A DNA stretch of 61,740 nucleotides, the filler included, from Nemertoderma westbladi (Eukaryota; Animalia; Xenacoelomorpha), in NCBI GenBank assembly GCA_032718475.1. It is 3 parts of 3 records of this genome, joined end to end, with 100 filler letters (N's around TTAATTAATTAA, not from the genome) between each part and the next. Parts side by side here need not be neighbours in the genome. Positions count along the whole stretch, not along the records: positions 45,330 to 61,740 come from JAUCBJ010004769.1; 2 more parts are not named here. The stretch is one strand, 5' to 3'. Position numbers and translations under genes: made by a program. Below, one piece after another: positions 45,330 to 56,852 of the stretch. Under the pieces are notes generated by a model, which saw only the letters and a program-made list of their open reading frames with translations, did not search any database and was not told the DNA's origin. The first letter of the stretch is position 1. Each line of letters begins with the position of its first letter.

Positions 45330-46003
45330 GGTATGCCTTTTTGTATATTGACTAATTTGTCGCATTCTAGTGCGATACTTTGCTGCACTTTTTGCAACTC
45401 TAACCTACTTTCCCTTACTGTTCCCTTGAGCTGCTGAACAGTCTCTTCCATTTCCCTGACCTGCTGAGAGGAGCACAAACAGTGTTCCCTCAGCTGCTCG
45501 AGCAGGAGACCCATCTCCCGTCGTCCCTCAGCTACCCACTCAACCGCCGAAGCGGGAGTCGCCAACGTAGTAGCGGGCGAGCGAGAGACGACGGGCGATA
45601 AATTCTTGATACCTCGCTCGGCGTCCAGGACGGGTTCGGACTCGGGAACAGTCCTACTGGGCACAGGTAGTTTCGTGCTGTGTAAAGGGAATTTAGAGGT
45701 AGGTTCTGGGAGTACAGGTGTCTCTATCACCGAAGGGGTGGCTTCGAGAACAGGCCTAATTATTTCAGGCTCATCTACTATAGTAGGGAGTCTTTCTACT
45801 GTAATAATTTGGTCTGTGGGTTCAAGATTACCTAATGAGTGATACAAGATTCGCCCTCTCACCCCAAGAGGGAAATCAGACAACCTCCGACGGTGTGGCG
45901 TTCTTCTACGTCCGCTTGCACGAGATTTATTACCTCCACTTTCGGGATCTCTTACATCACCCTCTAAGAGACTATCTGACAATGTTTGTGTTGTGTCAGA
46001 CAT
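45330..46003 (-). CDS. Orphan ORF (>224 aa, runs into gap); basic, Pro-rich and coiled-coil segments, possibly a retroelement gag/ORF1
   Basis: Open from ATG 46003 to the gap and more GC-rich than its flanks. Heptad-like C-terminal part (VREMEETVQQLKGTVRESRLELQKVQQSI). No recognised motif. Confidence 0.45.
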
Positions 46004-47369
46004 TTCGCTTTATACAGTTGGATGCCTACTGCTATATATACAGTTAAAGCAAGTCTAGTAATTCAGTATCACTGCTAGCCTAATAATTAATTACCGATAC
46101 TGCTACTCAATGTAGCGTGATATATATATATAATATATTAGAATACCGGTATGCTTATAGTATATATAAGTATTATTACAGACGAGATTTGTCACAGAGT
46201 ACCGGTATATAAATTTAGCACAAATATATATAAATATATAATAGGCCTATAGTGAATACCGGTATACAGCTTACACTTATAGTATATATAAGTATAATTA
46301 TGAACTAGAATTAATTACAGAGTACCGGTATGATTTCAGCTCAAATTTATAGAAATAAATATAATAAGCCTATGGTAAATACTGGTATGTCAATTATTTT
46401 AGAATAGGCCTAATTGAATTTCTGAATATTTTAGGGTTACTTGGTTACTTTAACTTACTTTATTACCGTTATTTAAGCAGTAGTCCAACTGATATTGAGA
46501 CCTAGTTGTTGTATGGCAGGCCTACTATTTATAAATCGTTTGAGTTGATTTATAATATTTATATACCCGTTTAAAATGGGTTTTTTGTCAATATTTGAAA
46601 TAAATGTTATTATTTCTGGGGGAGTCACTACACAGAAGCTGAACGCCTCTCAGTGAAGTGCTATTTATTTGACACTAAAACTGATAATTCTAATTTACCT
46701 AAGTTACTTAATACTACAAATTACTTACGATACGGGTGAGATTAATTCTCTAATTAAACACAACAAAATATTACGTACGAAATTTTTAGGGTAATTTTAC
46801 AGGAAGTCTACAAACCAGTCCAACAAAGGGTTAGATTTCTGGCTATTACAAAGGACAGGGTACTACGGTATTTGAAATAATAAGTAGTAGTAAATATATT
46901 GTACTGTCCAGATAGGAAAATACCACCGCCTGACGACCTATAACCGTATCGCTATAGGTACAACGTTATGTATCACGGATTGTTCCTACCCAGAAGTTAA
47001 TAGAGCTAACGAATGTGCCTATCAACCACTTTACAACACAAATATACTGCCTACACTAATTACTTCGGAAGGCACTGTACACTAAACCCTAAATTAGGTA
47101 CAAGTACCGGTATAACAAATAATCAGTAGTTAAATATACTTGAACAGTTAAAAGAACCACGGCATCTGCTGGAGTGACCGAAGCACAAAGTCGTCAGTCT
47201 TTACCTACGCCAAGCAGCCCTGATGTAGTACCGGGGTTAGTTTAACTATAACGGTATGTATAACAAGCACAATTACTGTAGGAATAAACTTGGGGACATG
47301 AATGTTGCGAATAATCGCATAAACTCTGAATAATAAATATTACGCTACCCGTACAGAATACTCAAACAA

Positions 47370-47900
47370 ATACAAACCAAACGCTGGCAGACTACTACCA
47401 AGCCTAAACAAACTACTGTATGTGCAGATTCTGAAACTGTTAGTTAGTATGCGTGCTAACACGGTAGTACGACTTACTCTTTAAGAGGGGATTGACCTTA
47501 CTGCTTATGGCTGCCCCAACTTACTAACGGCACTTGATCAGACCAACTCTACACACGCAGCAATCCCTTCAGACTTAAAAATAGCTAGACAACAATCCAG
47601 CCTACAAATATTTGAGTAATAACTATTACGGTACCTGAACAGACCACACAAACAAACACAGGCTAAAACACTGGCAGACTACGATCAAGCCTAGATAAAC
47701 TACAGTATATGTAGACTCTGAAACTGTTAGTTAGTATGCGTGCTAACACGGTAGTACGACTTACTCTTTAAGAGGGGATTGACCTTACAGTTATGACTGC
47801 CCCAACTTACTAACGGCACTTTATCAGACAAACTCTACACACGCCGTAATCTCTCCAAACTCAACAACAGTCAGACAGCAGCTCAGCCTACAATTATCTG
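47370..47900 (+). repeat. Two-copy 287-bp direct repeat
   Basis: CTGGCAGACTAC...CTGAAACTGTTAGTTAGTATGCGTGCTAACACGGTAGTACGACTTACTCTTTAAGAGGGG at 47384 and 47671. Confidence 0.9.
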
Positions 47901-48152
47901 GACAATCTGAGCAGGGTCACACGCCTTCTGCTCAATATTAGCCTACTAGGAAATAAAACCGACAGAAATAGGTAAAATCTCAATAAAAATTCAGAGCTGC
48001 AGTCCCTGATTAAGTACTAAGACCTACCAGTATACAATAATCAAATCGAATAATACTAAATGTACTTGTACAGCAGTACCGGTACCGGTGATGACAGTTA
48101 GGCCTACTGACCTACAAAGTACCGGTTCAGTTTTACCAGTCACTACGGTAGT

Positions 48153-48350
48153 TTGCAACCTTATTGCCTACTGCAATAAGATTTTAAACTGTTACTGTTC
48201 GTCAGAACAGTATTAAACTGTATTTAATGTCTACACTTGCAACCTTATTGCCTACTGCAATAAGATTTATAAACTGTTACTGTTCGTCAGAACAGTATTA
48301 AACTGTATTCAATGCTTACACTGCAATACAAGTAAACTGTTACTGTTCGC
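48153..48350 (+). repeat. ~84-bp tandem repeat, 2.3 copies
   Basis: TTGCAACCTTATTGCCTACTGCAATAAGATTT..AAACTGTTACTGTTCGTCAGAACAGTATTAAACTGTATT repeated. Confidence 0.85.
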
Positions 48351-50129
48351 GCTTTCGAAGACCTTTAGCAGTTTAACCTGCCAAATTTTATATGTCTTTT
48401 AGTTAATTAAAACCACTTTAGCATACGACAATAATTTATGCTAATACGCAAAACATTAGCCGAAATCAGCCCATGCGCGATCATTCACCCGATGGATCTA
48501 CACCCGGGAGACTGAATTCGGATGCTTGAATTGTATTATTACAGTGTAAGGTTGCAGTGTAAACTTACTGTATTATTCGATAGATCGTTAATAATTAATC
48601 TCTGACAGGTATTATTGGCTTTCGGGAAATATTAACAGTTCCTTTAGGACGTGGCGCTTTATCTATTTAAACAGAACTAGGACTTATACTAAACGCAACG
48701 ATACTGCTTGGGATTGAAGTATAAAGCGTATTCTTTAGGAAATACTTTGTTACCAATCACAATCATACACACTATTCTGCCGACAGTCAGTACATTTGAT
48801 CACACATAAAGAGAGCAGTAATTGACTCACGTAGGGTCTGCTAAATAACATTGGATTCAATACACACCACATTAATATAAATCGCAATTGTTATATATAG
48901 CCGGTCTCTCTAACCTGTAGTGTTATCAAGAAAATTGGGAATTGGGTGATTTATCCGTATTATCCAAATAGCAATATTTCCATCAACAAATATTTACAAT
49001 TAATAACTGACAGTAAAATAACAGTACAAACAATATGATTAATGAGTTAGTTAGTTAAGTAAGTATGATTATCAAGTTAAATTAGTTCGTTCGGTAACAG
49101 TTTATACTTTCGATAATTCAAGCAGTTTACGGTACAGCAGTATCTATCCAAAAATGCCGGTGTTTCTGGCTTAGACAGCAATAACAACAAAGTATCAAGA
49201 AAAAACAGTAAGACTGAACACTCTCCTTATGATCGGCAGGAAAGCTACACGTCGACAGGAAAAACCGCCCTGATTGGCCCAAGCCAAACAAAGAACCACG
49301 CGGCCAATGGCTGTTTCCATGTCAGCAACCAGCTGCTAGATGTCGTAATATGAATCATCACGGCTAAGCTGTGAAAGGTGGTTGGTGCATTACAAGTTTT
49401 TTGTCTTACCATGTCCACTAAAACACGTATATAGCAGAATTACTTTTATGTCCGTTAAAACCCCTGTAAAGGTACCTTGCGGGCGAGGGGAATATATATA
49501 CAGTTAGAAAACCTTTTTTAGAGTATTCCAGCGCCTGGGGGGGAACTGGCCAGCAAAGGCAAACGTATCAGTTATCCCACAAAAGCTTTTACACCACCAG
49601 TGCGGTGACCAGTACACATTTCAACATAATGAACTAAATGCTGCATTACAGCAATACTCCGATACTGCAATGCAATAGGTGGATAGGGCTGAGTGGTTCA
49701 GTACTATTTGCATACCGGTCAGGCAAACTGCGAGTTTATAATTGTGAATTGATTCATTTTATCAATATTCATCATCATGAATTTAATTAATAGTTGTGCT
49801 AAAAGACTCGCAAGACACTCTGCTTTCACTTGTATGTGGTATTCCACATGTGATGAAATGATTGAGATTAAATGTGTATTAGAATGGATCTAAAATCACC
49901 CTTCATAGAAAACAATTACAAGAAGTTATCAAGAAAACAAGAAATTATCTGAGCACTGTGTAATCTGTGTGTAATCAAATATGTAGAAGCTAATCACAGC
50001 TGTTCGCGCTTTTAGACATTTAACAGTTTAACCTGTTAATTTAAGTGTATTATGATGTCTGCAGATAGGGGGGGGGGGGGGGGGGGGGAACTGAACGCAA
50101 TACAAATTCATCCCTCTCCAGGGGAAATT

Positions 50130-52460
50130 CGACGCAAATAACAGCTGATTACGTGAGCGATGGAAGTGGTGAAATCTGACATATATGCGATGTGTCGCTG
50201 TTGTCTGGAGGACCACGAATCGCTAATCTTGGAGACAGCGAACATGAGGGGTTTGTGATCCGTGTAGGCGGTGAAAATGCGCCCCTCCAGGAAGTAATGG
50301 AAGTGTCGAACTGCGAGGTAAAGAGCCAGGAGTTCCCGGTCAAAAGCGCTGTACTTCACCTCTGGTGGTCTCAACTGTTGGCTGAAGAACGCTAGGTGGC
50401 ACCACGAATCGCCGACCAGGTGCTCGAGCACGGCGCCCACCGCTGTGCCAGAGGCATCCACTGTGAGTGCCGTGGGGGCGGTGACTTCGGGGTGGGCCAA
50501 CATGGTTGCATGGGCTTGGACCTCCTTCGTGTCCCTGAAGGCTACCACCATGTCATTAGACCAGTCGAGGAGTTTTGGTTTGGCACCGGAAAGGGCCCTG
50601 TAGAGAGGCCGCATAATGGCTGCGGTGGAAGGGATGAAGCGATGGTAAAAGTTTACCATCCCCACAAACTCCTGTAGGCCCTTAACGGTGGTGGGCTGGG
50701 CAAACTCCCGGATGGCGGCGACTTTATCAGGTAGGGGAATGGGCCGAGATGCAGTTGCCGAGGAAGTCGATGACTGGCTGACCTAACTGGACGTTGATGA
50801 TGAGGCCATGCTGCTGTAGGCGCGAGAATAGCTGATGGAGATGGTCTCGGTGCTCCTGTTTGGACTGACTCGCGACGAGGACATCGTCCAGGTAGATGAA
50901 CAGGAATTCGAGTCCCTGGAGCACTGAGTGAATCAGTCTCTGGAAGGCCGGGGCCGCGTTCTTCAACCCGAATGGCACCATAAGGAATTCGAAAAGGTCA
51001 AATGGGGTGATGATGGCGGTCTTAGCGATGTCGGTATCAGTGACGGGGATCTGGTGGTAGCCACACACCAGATCAATCTTTGAGAAGATCCGTGCACCTG
51101 CTAGGTGGGAGGAGAAGTCCTGGATGTTGGGAACAGGATACCGGTCCAGAGTCGTGGCGTCATTGAGGCGGCGGTAGTCGCCGCAGGGCCTCCAGTGGCC
51201 CGAGGGTTTAGGGGCCAAGTGGTGGGGAGACGACCAAGGACCAAGGACGATCCCCATCTCCTTCATCTTGCGGAACTCCTCCTTGGTGATCACCAGTTTA
51301 TCTGGAGGGAGGCGGTGGGCACGGGCATGTACTGGTGGCCCTTCAGTGGGGATATAGTGTTTGACGCCATGTTTCACCCTTGGGTCGGAGAACCGAGGCT
51401 CCATGATTTCAGGAACCTCAGTGAGGAAACAGGCGAACTCGTTGTCGGTGACCGACAAAACCGAGGTGGAGGGCATGGCCTGGGGTCCATCCACATGAGA
51501 TCGAGGTCAACATCTCGGCATCGACCAGGCGGCAGCCTCTCAGATCGACCAACAGGTTGTTGGCTCGGAAGAATTCGGATCCAAGGAGAGGCTGGGCGAC
51601 GTCCACAACCATGAATCGCCACTCGAACTGGTGGGTCCCGAAACGCAGTGGAATTGTGCGTGGTCCGTAGGTCCTGATCGAGGTGCTATTGGCGGCTATG
51701 ATGGACGGATCACAGTGGCCCGTGCATGCCTCGTGCATCGTTGCCGGGATGAAGCTGATCTTTGGGCACGGTGTCCACTAGAAACTGTTGTCCGGACGGT
51801 CAGTCAAGGACAAATAGCAGCCGACAAACAGCAGGTTCCCTATCCGGAGTGCGTCTCATGGGTATGTCGACGAATCAGTTTCTCCCTCCTCAGGTCGTCA
51901 TTAATGTGTTTACACGGGTACCATTCGGCTGCTAGGCGACCGGTGCGGGAGGCAGTCACCAACTTATCGATCCGGTTGGCGAACGCGGACTCAGACCCTG
52001 GGGTGTTGGCGCAGTTCGGTAGGGTGGGGTAAATACAGTAGTATGCTCCATACACCGTAGAGACTGTTTCTGTGTTGGGGGCGGGCAAAGGATTTCATTT
52101 TAAATTTCCCTCCTACATTAGTTGCCTATTAACGTCGGCTGGTGGTGGGTATTGTTTAACATTAACGTTTTATTATCTATGTGAATAAATGAGACTTATA
52201 GAGTTAAAAAAAAAATAGCAGCAGATCAGTTTGGCTGGCCGTAGCAGCTACTACCGATGGCCATCCGGGGCGTTTCCTGGAAAAGTGCAGGGCGAGTGCC
52301 ACAAGTGGCATCAGCGCCAAACGTCAGGTGGAAGTAGCACCAGTTGTCATCTTGAGCAGGGTGAGGGGTGCGTGAACTCCGGCCTCTACTGAGAGGGCCA
52401 GTGGAGGACTTGCAGCGGGTAGGCCTGCTGGGACCCCTAACAGTATGCACTGCTGTCTTT
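50130..52460 (-). mobile_element. Decayed Ty3/Gypsy LTR retrotransposon gag-pol relic (gag knuckle, protease, RT, RNase H; no integrase or LTR seen)
   Basis: WCYFHLTFG..A..C; FLVDT (frameshifted); WRPCGDYRRLN, FSKIDL, PFGLKNA...FQR, YLDDVL; LTVDAS..AVGAVL, YSAFDRELLA, YTDHKPL. Confidence 0.92.
51822..52212 (+). mobile_element. 5'-truncated poly(A) retroinsertion; C-terminus resembles CRE-clade non-LTR elements
   Basis: TSD AAATAGCAGC at 51812-51821 and 52213-52222. AATAAA at 52184 and an A-tail from 52206. Encodes DKQQVPYPECVSWVCRRISFSLLRSSLMCLHG. Confidence 0.8.
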
Positions 52461-52899
52461 GGTACGACCGGTGGTGTAACTACGGGACGAGCAGAGAGTG
52501 AGCTGGAGCGGGAGGCTCAACAAATCGTGCTGAGCAGTCAGGTCACCAATGTGGCAGTATGCAGAAGTCACCGTCTGACTGTGCTGTACTGCTACATCCA
52601 GACGTCTGTCTGTATATGTCAGTACGTATATTAAAAACTAATCAGAGCGATACCGGTAAGCCGAATATGTCAGTATGTAACAGATGACTCTGTCTGAGTC
52701 TGTAATTGCCCTACGCAGCTACGCGTAGTTTATAAGTGGCACCGCCACAACATACATAAAAGTATATATATATATATACGGTGATTAACAATAGATAAGG
52801 TGTGTATACCAAAAAGAGTACGGTTCAATAAAGCTAGACTACTGAATAACAAAATAGTTTGTGAATGAAGACCCAGATTAAATCAATGTTGAAACTTTG

Positions 52900-53148
52900 T
52901 TATTAGGAGCCCGCTCGACAGGCGGGCGATACTTACTGTAAAAATCTCAGGATATATAACACTGACTGACTGACTGACTGATAATTATCTAGGTTCAGGC
53001 ACTTCCTGCCTGGCGATTTTGTTGAAATTTTACAAGTAAATTGCTTTGGTGGTTCATAATCGCGTTACAAAATATTAGGAAAGTTAGCGCTTATTCTGAG
53101 TCCCAAAAGGCAGTTTCTTTTAATGCCATCTTAATGGCTTTCTAGTTT
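52900..53148. mobile_element. Short Helentron/Helitron-like non-autonomous element
   Basis: 5' hairpin GCCCGCTCGACAGGCGGGC, (ACTG)n microsatellite at ~52961-52981, and 3' hairpin GCCATCTTAATGGC followed by TTTCTAGTT. Confidence 0.55.
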
Positions 53149-53497
53149 AATTTTATTTTAATTCTTGTGTTTGAAATGTATTGCTCTGTTGGTTTATTGC
53201 CTGACAATGTTATTATTTCAGACTATGACCGCGAACACCTGTAAAATAAAGGTTGGTGATTGGAGGAAGGAGTAGCGATGGGTGGCTAATAACGCCTCTA
53301 GCGGAATAAGCGGGAACTTGAGAAGTTACCATGATTACGGATGAAATGCTGACATCTGATTGGTTGAAATAATAACGACCACAGCTAAATGGTTGAAATG
53401 GTGGCTTCTGATTGGAGGAAGGAGTAGAAATGGATGGTAATGATGGGCTACGGGTGACCATGGCACAGTGTCATAGCTTCTTATACTACTGATGTAA

Positions 53498-53973
53498 CAG
53501 GCTGAGATAACTCCCCACCAAATATGACTCCCCAGTCTTTTCAGCCTAGGCTGAGAACACCCCCAGTTTTCTTCCAAGATTTCTTAATTAACGGAAAGGA
53601 GCAGGTTACAGTGGCTGGCTTTTCTAACCAAAACAATAAACGATAACTCATTAACATAGGTAACAGTTTAATTTTTGCAATATACGAAAATAGCACAGTT
53701 ACGGATATGAATTATAACTCAATTAGGGGAGTCATATCAGCCTAAGGGGAGTCATCTCAGCCTAAAGGGAGTCATCTCAGCCTAAGTGGAGTAATCTCAG
53801 CCTAAGGGGAGTCATATCAGCCTAAGGGGAGTCATATCAGCTTAAGGGGAGTCATCTCAGCCTAAGGGGAGTGTTCTAAGTCTAGACAACGATAACTGGG
53901 AGTGGGGAGTGTTCTCAGCTTAGGCTTAGACGACTGGGGAGTCATTTCAAGAGGGAGTTATATCTCAGCCTTG
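53498..53973. mobile_element. MITE-like element with an internal ~20-bp minisatellite
   Basis: Ends CAGGCTGAGATAACTCCC / GGGAGTTATATCTCAGCCTTG with TAA on both sides. Tandem TAAGGGGAGTCATCTCAGCC units at ~53725-53870. Confidence 0.65.
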
Positions 53974-54391
53974 TAAACCAGCACTATTGACTGCTGTTAG
54001 ACCGAAGATTAAATTGGTAGTTCGTCTAGTCCAATATATTTGACCGAGTCTACCTACGTTCGAATTTATATGTGTGCAATCCAATCTGATCAAGGATTGT
54101 TTTTATAGCTTTGGAGACTGTTGGTACAAATCGTATAAAACATTAAGTATCATCTGTAAGATTGGGTGCTTCTGTTAGTTCTGGGTGTAGAGGTTTTTAT
54201 CAACCATATCTAGCGGGTTGTTGTTTATATTAACATAACAGTATATCAGTGTCTCCGGCTCAGAAATAGTTCAAGCAACTTATCTTTATAATTTTAACCA
54301 TCCTATTGTCCCGTTTATCATTGCTATAATACGTAATATTGGATGTCAACTCACTGGAAAGACAGCTTAACAATAATTATACTTTATACAG

Positions 54392-56022
54392 GAGATGTTG
54401 GCGGCACAATTACAGTAATTGATAGTGAAGGTCAAACTGAAACAAAGAAAAGTATCAAACAGGTGGAAAGTATATTGGAGAAAACTGAAGAATTAAAGGA
54501 AATTGTTGAGTATATCGGATGGGTTGGTCCCATAAATAAACCACTCCAGGGTAAGATAACTGATATAATTATATCTACTGTTGATCTTCTTTCAGATAAA
54601 GAGAAAGAACTTTACTTTAGACTGGATGCAGATATTTCTGAGTTAACAACACAGAATCTGGTTAGTATTTGGGGTTTAGATGAAGTTTCAACAATAGAAA
54701 TCGTTAAAAAATTCAGAGACTTGGGACTTCTGTCTACAAGTGAATTAAATTCACTGAAAGTTCCAAAACTTTTAATTAATTATATAAAAGAACAAAAACT
54801 GCCCATAGAGATACTGGCGAGAGGCCCAGAAGCATTGGCTGCTTATAAAGCAGCTCTTTCTAAAGGGACTACATGGATACTGAAAACCCGGTTAATGTTA
54901 GTGGGACAAGAGAGGGCTGGTAAAACCAGTTTGAAGAAGGCCCTTATTGGTCAACCGTTTGATATTAATGAACAAATAACAGATGGTATTGACTCATCTG
55001 CTAACTGTATTATAAATACCGAACAAAACACAGATTGGACCAACTTACGAGATAAAGATAAAGAAAACTTGGAGAAAGATGTCAATGACTTTGTTACTAA
55101 ACAAATAGCAAAAACTGTTCTAGAAAGTAAACAAGTTGCAGATAATAAAAGTGATGATTCTGGAACTTCTGGAAAGGTTGTTGGAAGTGCGACTCCCATA
55201 GTTTCAACCTCTTCATCAGCAGCTAATGCTAAACCTACAGAGATTCCTATTACAGTTGCAAGTGGAAGTGGTAATAAAGTTCCAACCGTTAGTTTGTGGA
55301 GGAGGTTAGTTTCCAAATTTACACGCAATAAAGAACAAATCAGTATTGAAGGTGAAGTCAGGGTCACAGAGGGAAGCATTAGTAGACATAAAGGAGGTAC
55401 AGGATATATTCAATCCAAACATGATTCTTCTGAAACACAAATCCCTGCAAACATATCTAAAGGAGTAGAAGATATACTCACATCTGGTAAACCTCAAGAT
55501 ATTCTGGCTAAATTTAATGAGGAAGACAGTCGCTTTTCTCTACAGATAGTCGATTTTGGTGGCCAATGTATTTATTACACAACCCATCAGATATTTTTGA
55601 GTAGACGAGCTATTTATATAATTGTATTTAATCTCTTGGAAAATCTTGAAAAAACTGCTGATATTATTTTCAGATCTGATGAAAACAATATTAATGAGTT
55701 TGTTTTCGGTGAGATTAAGAATATTGAGTTTATTGAATTTTGGTTAAAAAATATTTATTCATTTGGTACAAAACTAGAAGTAAATTCTTGTCCACCTGTT
55801 TTTGTAGTTGGAACTCATAAAGGCAGCTTACATGCTGATCCTGCCATTCAATCTGTAATAACAAGTAAAATATTTGAAAACATTAAGACCCATTTGGGTA
55901 AATCTTCATATACAGATAATCTAATTAAAGATTACATTGCTATAGAGAATAATAGAGAAATTATATATGGTGGAAAGAAAGGACTTGAAAATTTACAGTG
56001 TTGTTATACGATGTTGTTATAG
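54392..56022 (+). CDS. Large exon of a ROCO-family GTPase (winged-helix + Roc); COR domain absent, so probably partial or a pseudogene
   Basis: Acceptor-like TTTATACAG| at 54391. PIEILARGPEALAAY..AL..G pre-Roc motif; G1 LMLVGQERAGKTSL; G2 TDGID; G3 DFGGQ.IYY.THQIFLS; G4 VVGTHK. The ORF drifts into a short duplicated sequence after GLENLQ. Confidence 0.8.
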
Positions 56023-56852
56023 ATGTTACCAATCAACCAGTGGAGAGGCTGCTGTTACAGACATTGCCAATCAATGTGATGTACAGTATAGCTGTTGTTA
56101 TAGATGTTACCAATCAATGTGTCTGGAAATGCATCGTAGACAATTCTAATCATAGTTTTATAAAAACATCTAATTAATAAAATTGAATTTTGTATAAGAA
56201 CTCTAATTAATTGAAGACGATAAAGACTGCTATTAAAGTGGTTATATTATTAAAATTATTCAATATAAAGTCAGGTGTCATTAAAACCTTAATTGCAGAT
56301 TCAATAATAGCTAGTAATTTAAATAAACGATAAACTATAAGTTTTATATAGTGGTCAGCAGACTGGAAAGGTTTACCTATCAGTTGAAGGCTTTCACTTA
56401 GCTCAAGCAAACAAATTACACAGATTATCGGTAAGAATTCATACTTTGTGTCACTTCCTGGCCTTTTTTCTTGAGAATATCACTAAAACTTGGTCAGCTG
56501 AGACCGTCTGTCGATCAATGATTACATGCAAAATAAATATAATATTTAATTCCAGTTGTTTGAATTAATAATAGCACAGTTGTTGACGTAAATTGCATTA
56601 AGAATTTTTTTAAATTAAATCATTTTTTGTGGTTGAAAAATTTGAAACAACTGAGTGATAAATATTAGTAGTGTTAGATGATAGACGCGATAAAATTTTA
56701 CAATTTATGATCTTATTTGTAGAGAAGTGGTGACGAAGTACAACAACATGGTAGAAACTATTCTATTCGGAAACTGCCAGAAACGAAAATCTATGCGAAA
56801 TCCGTCGGACTGGAAACTCTTTCAGAAAAGTGTTGGGCTAAAATTCTGAATC

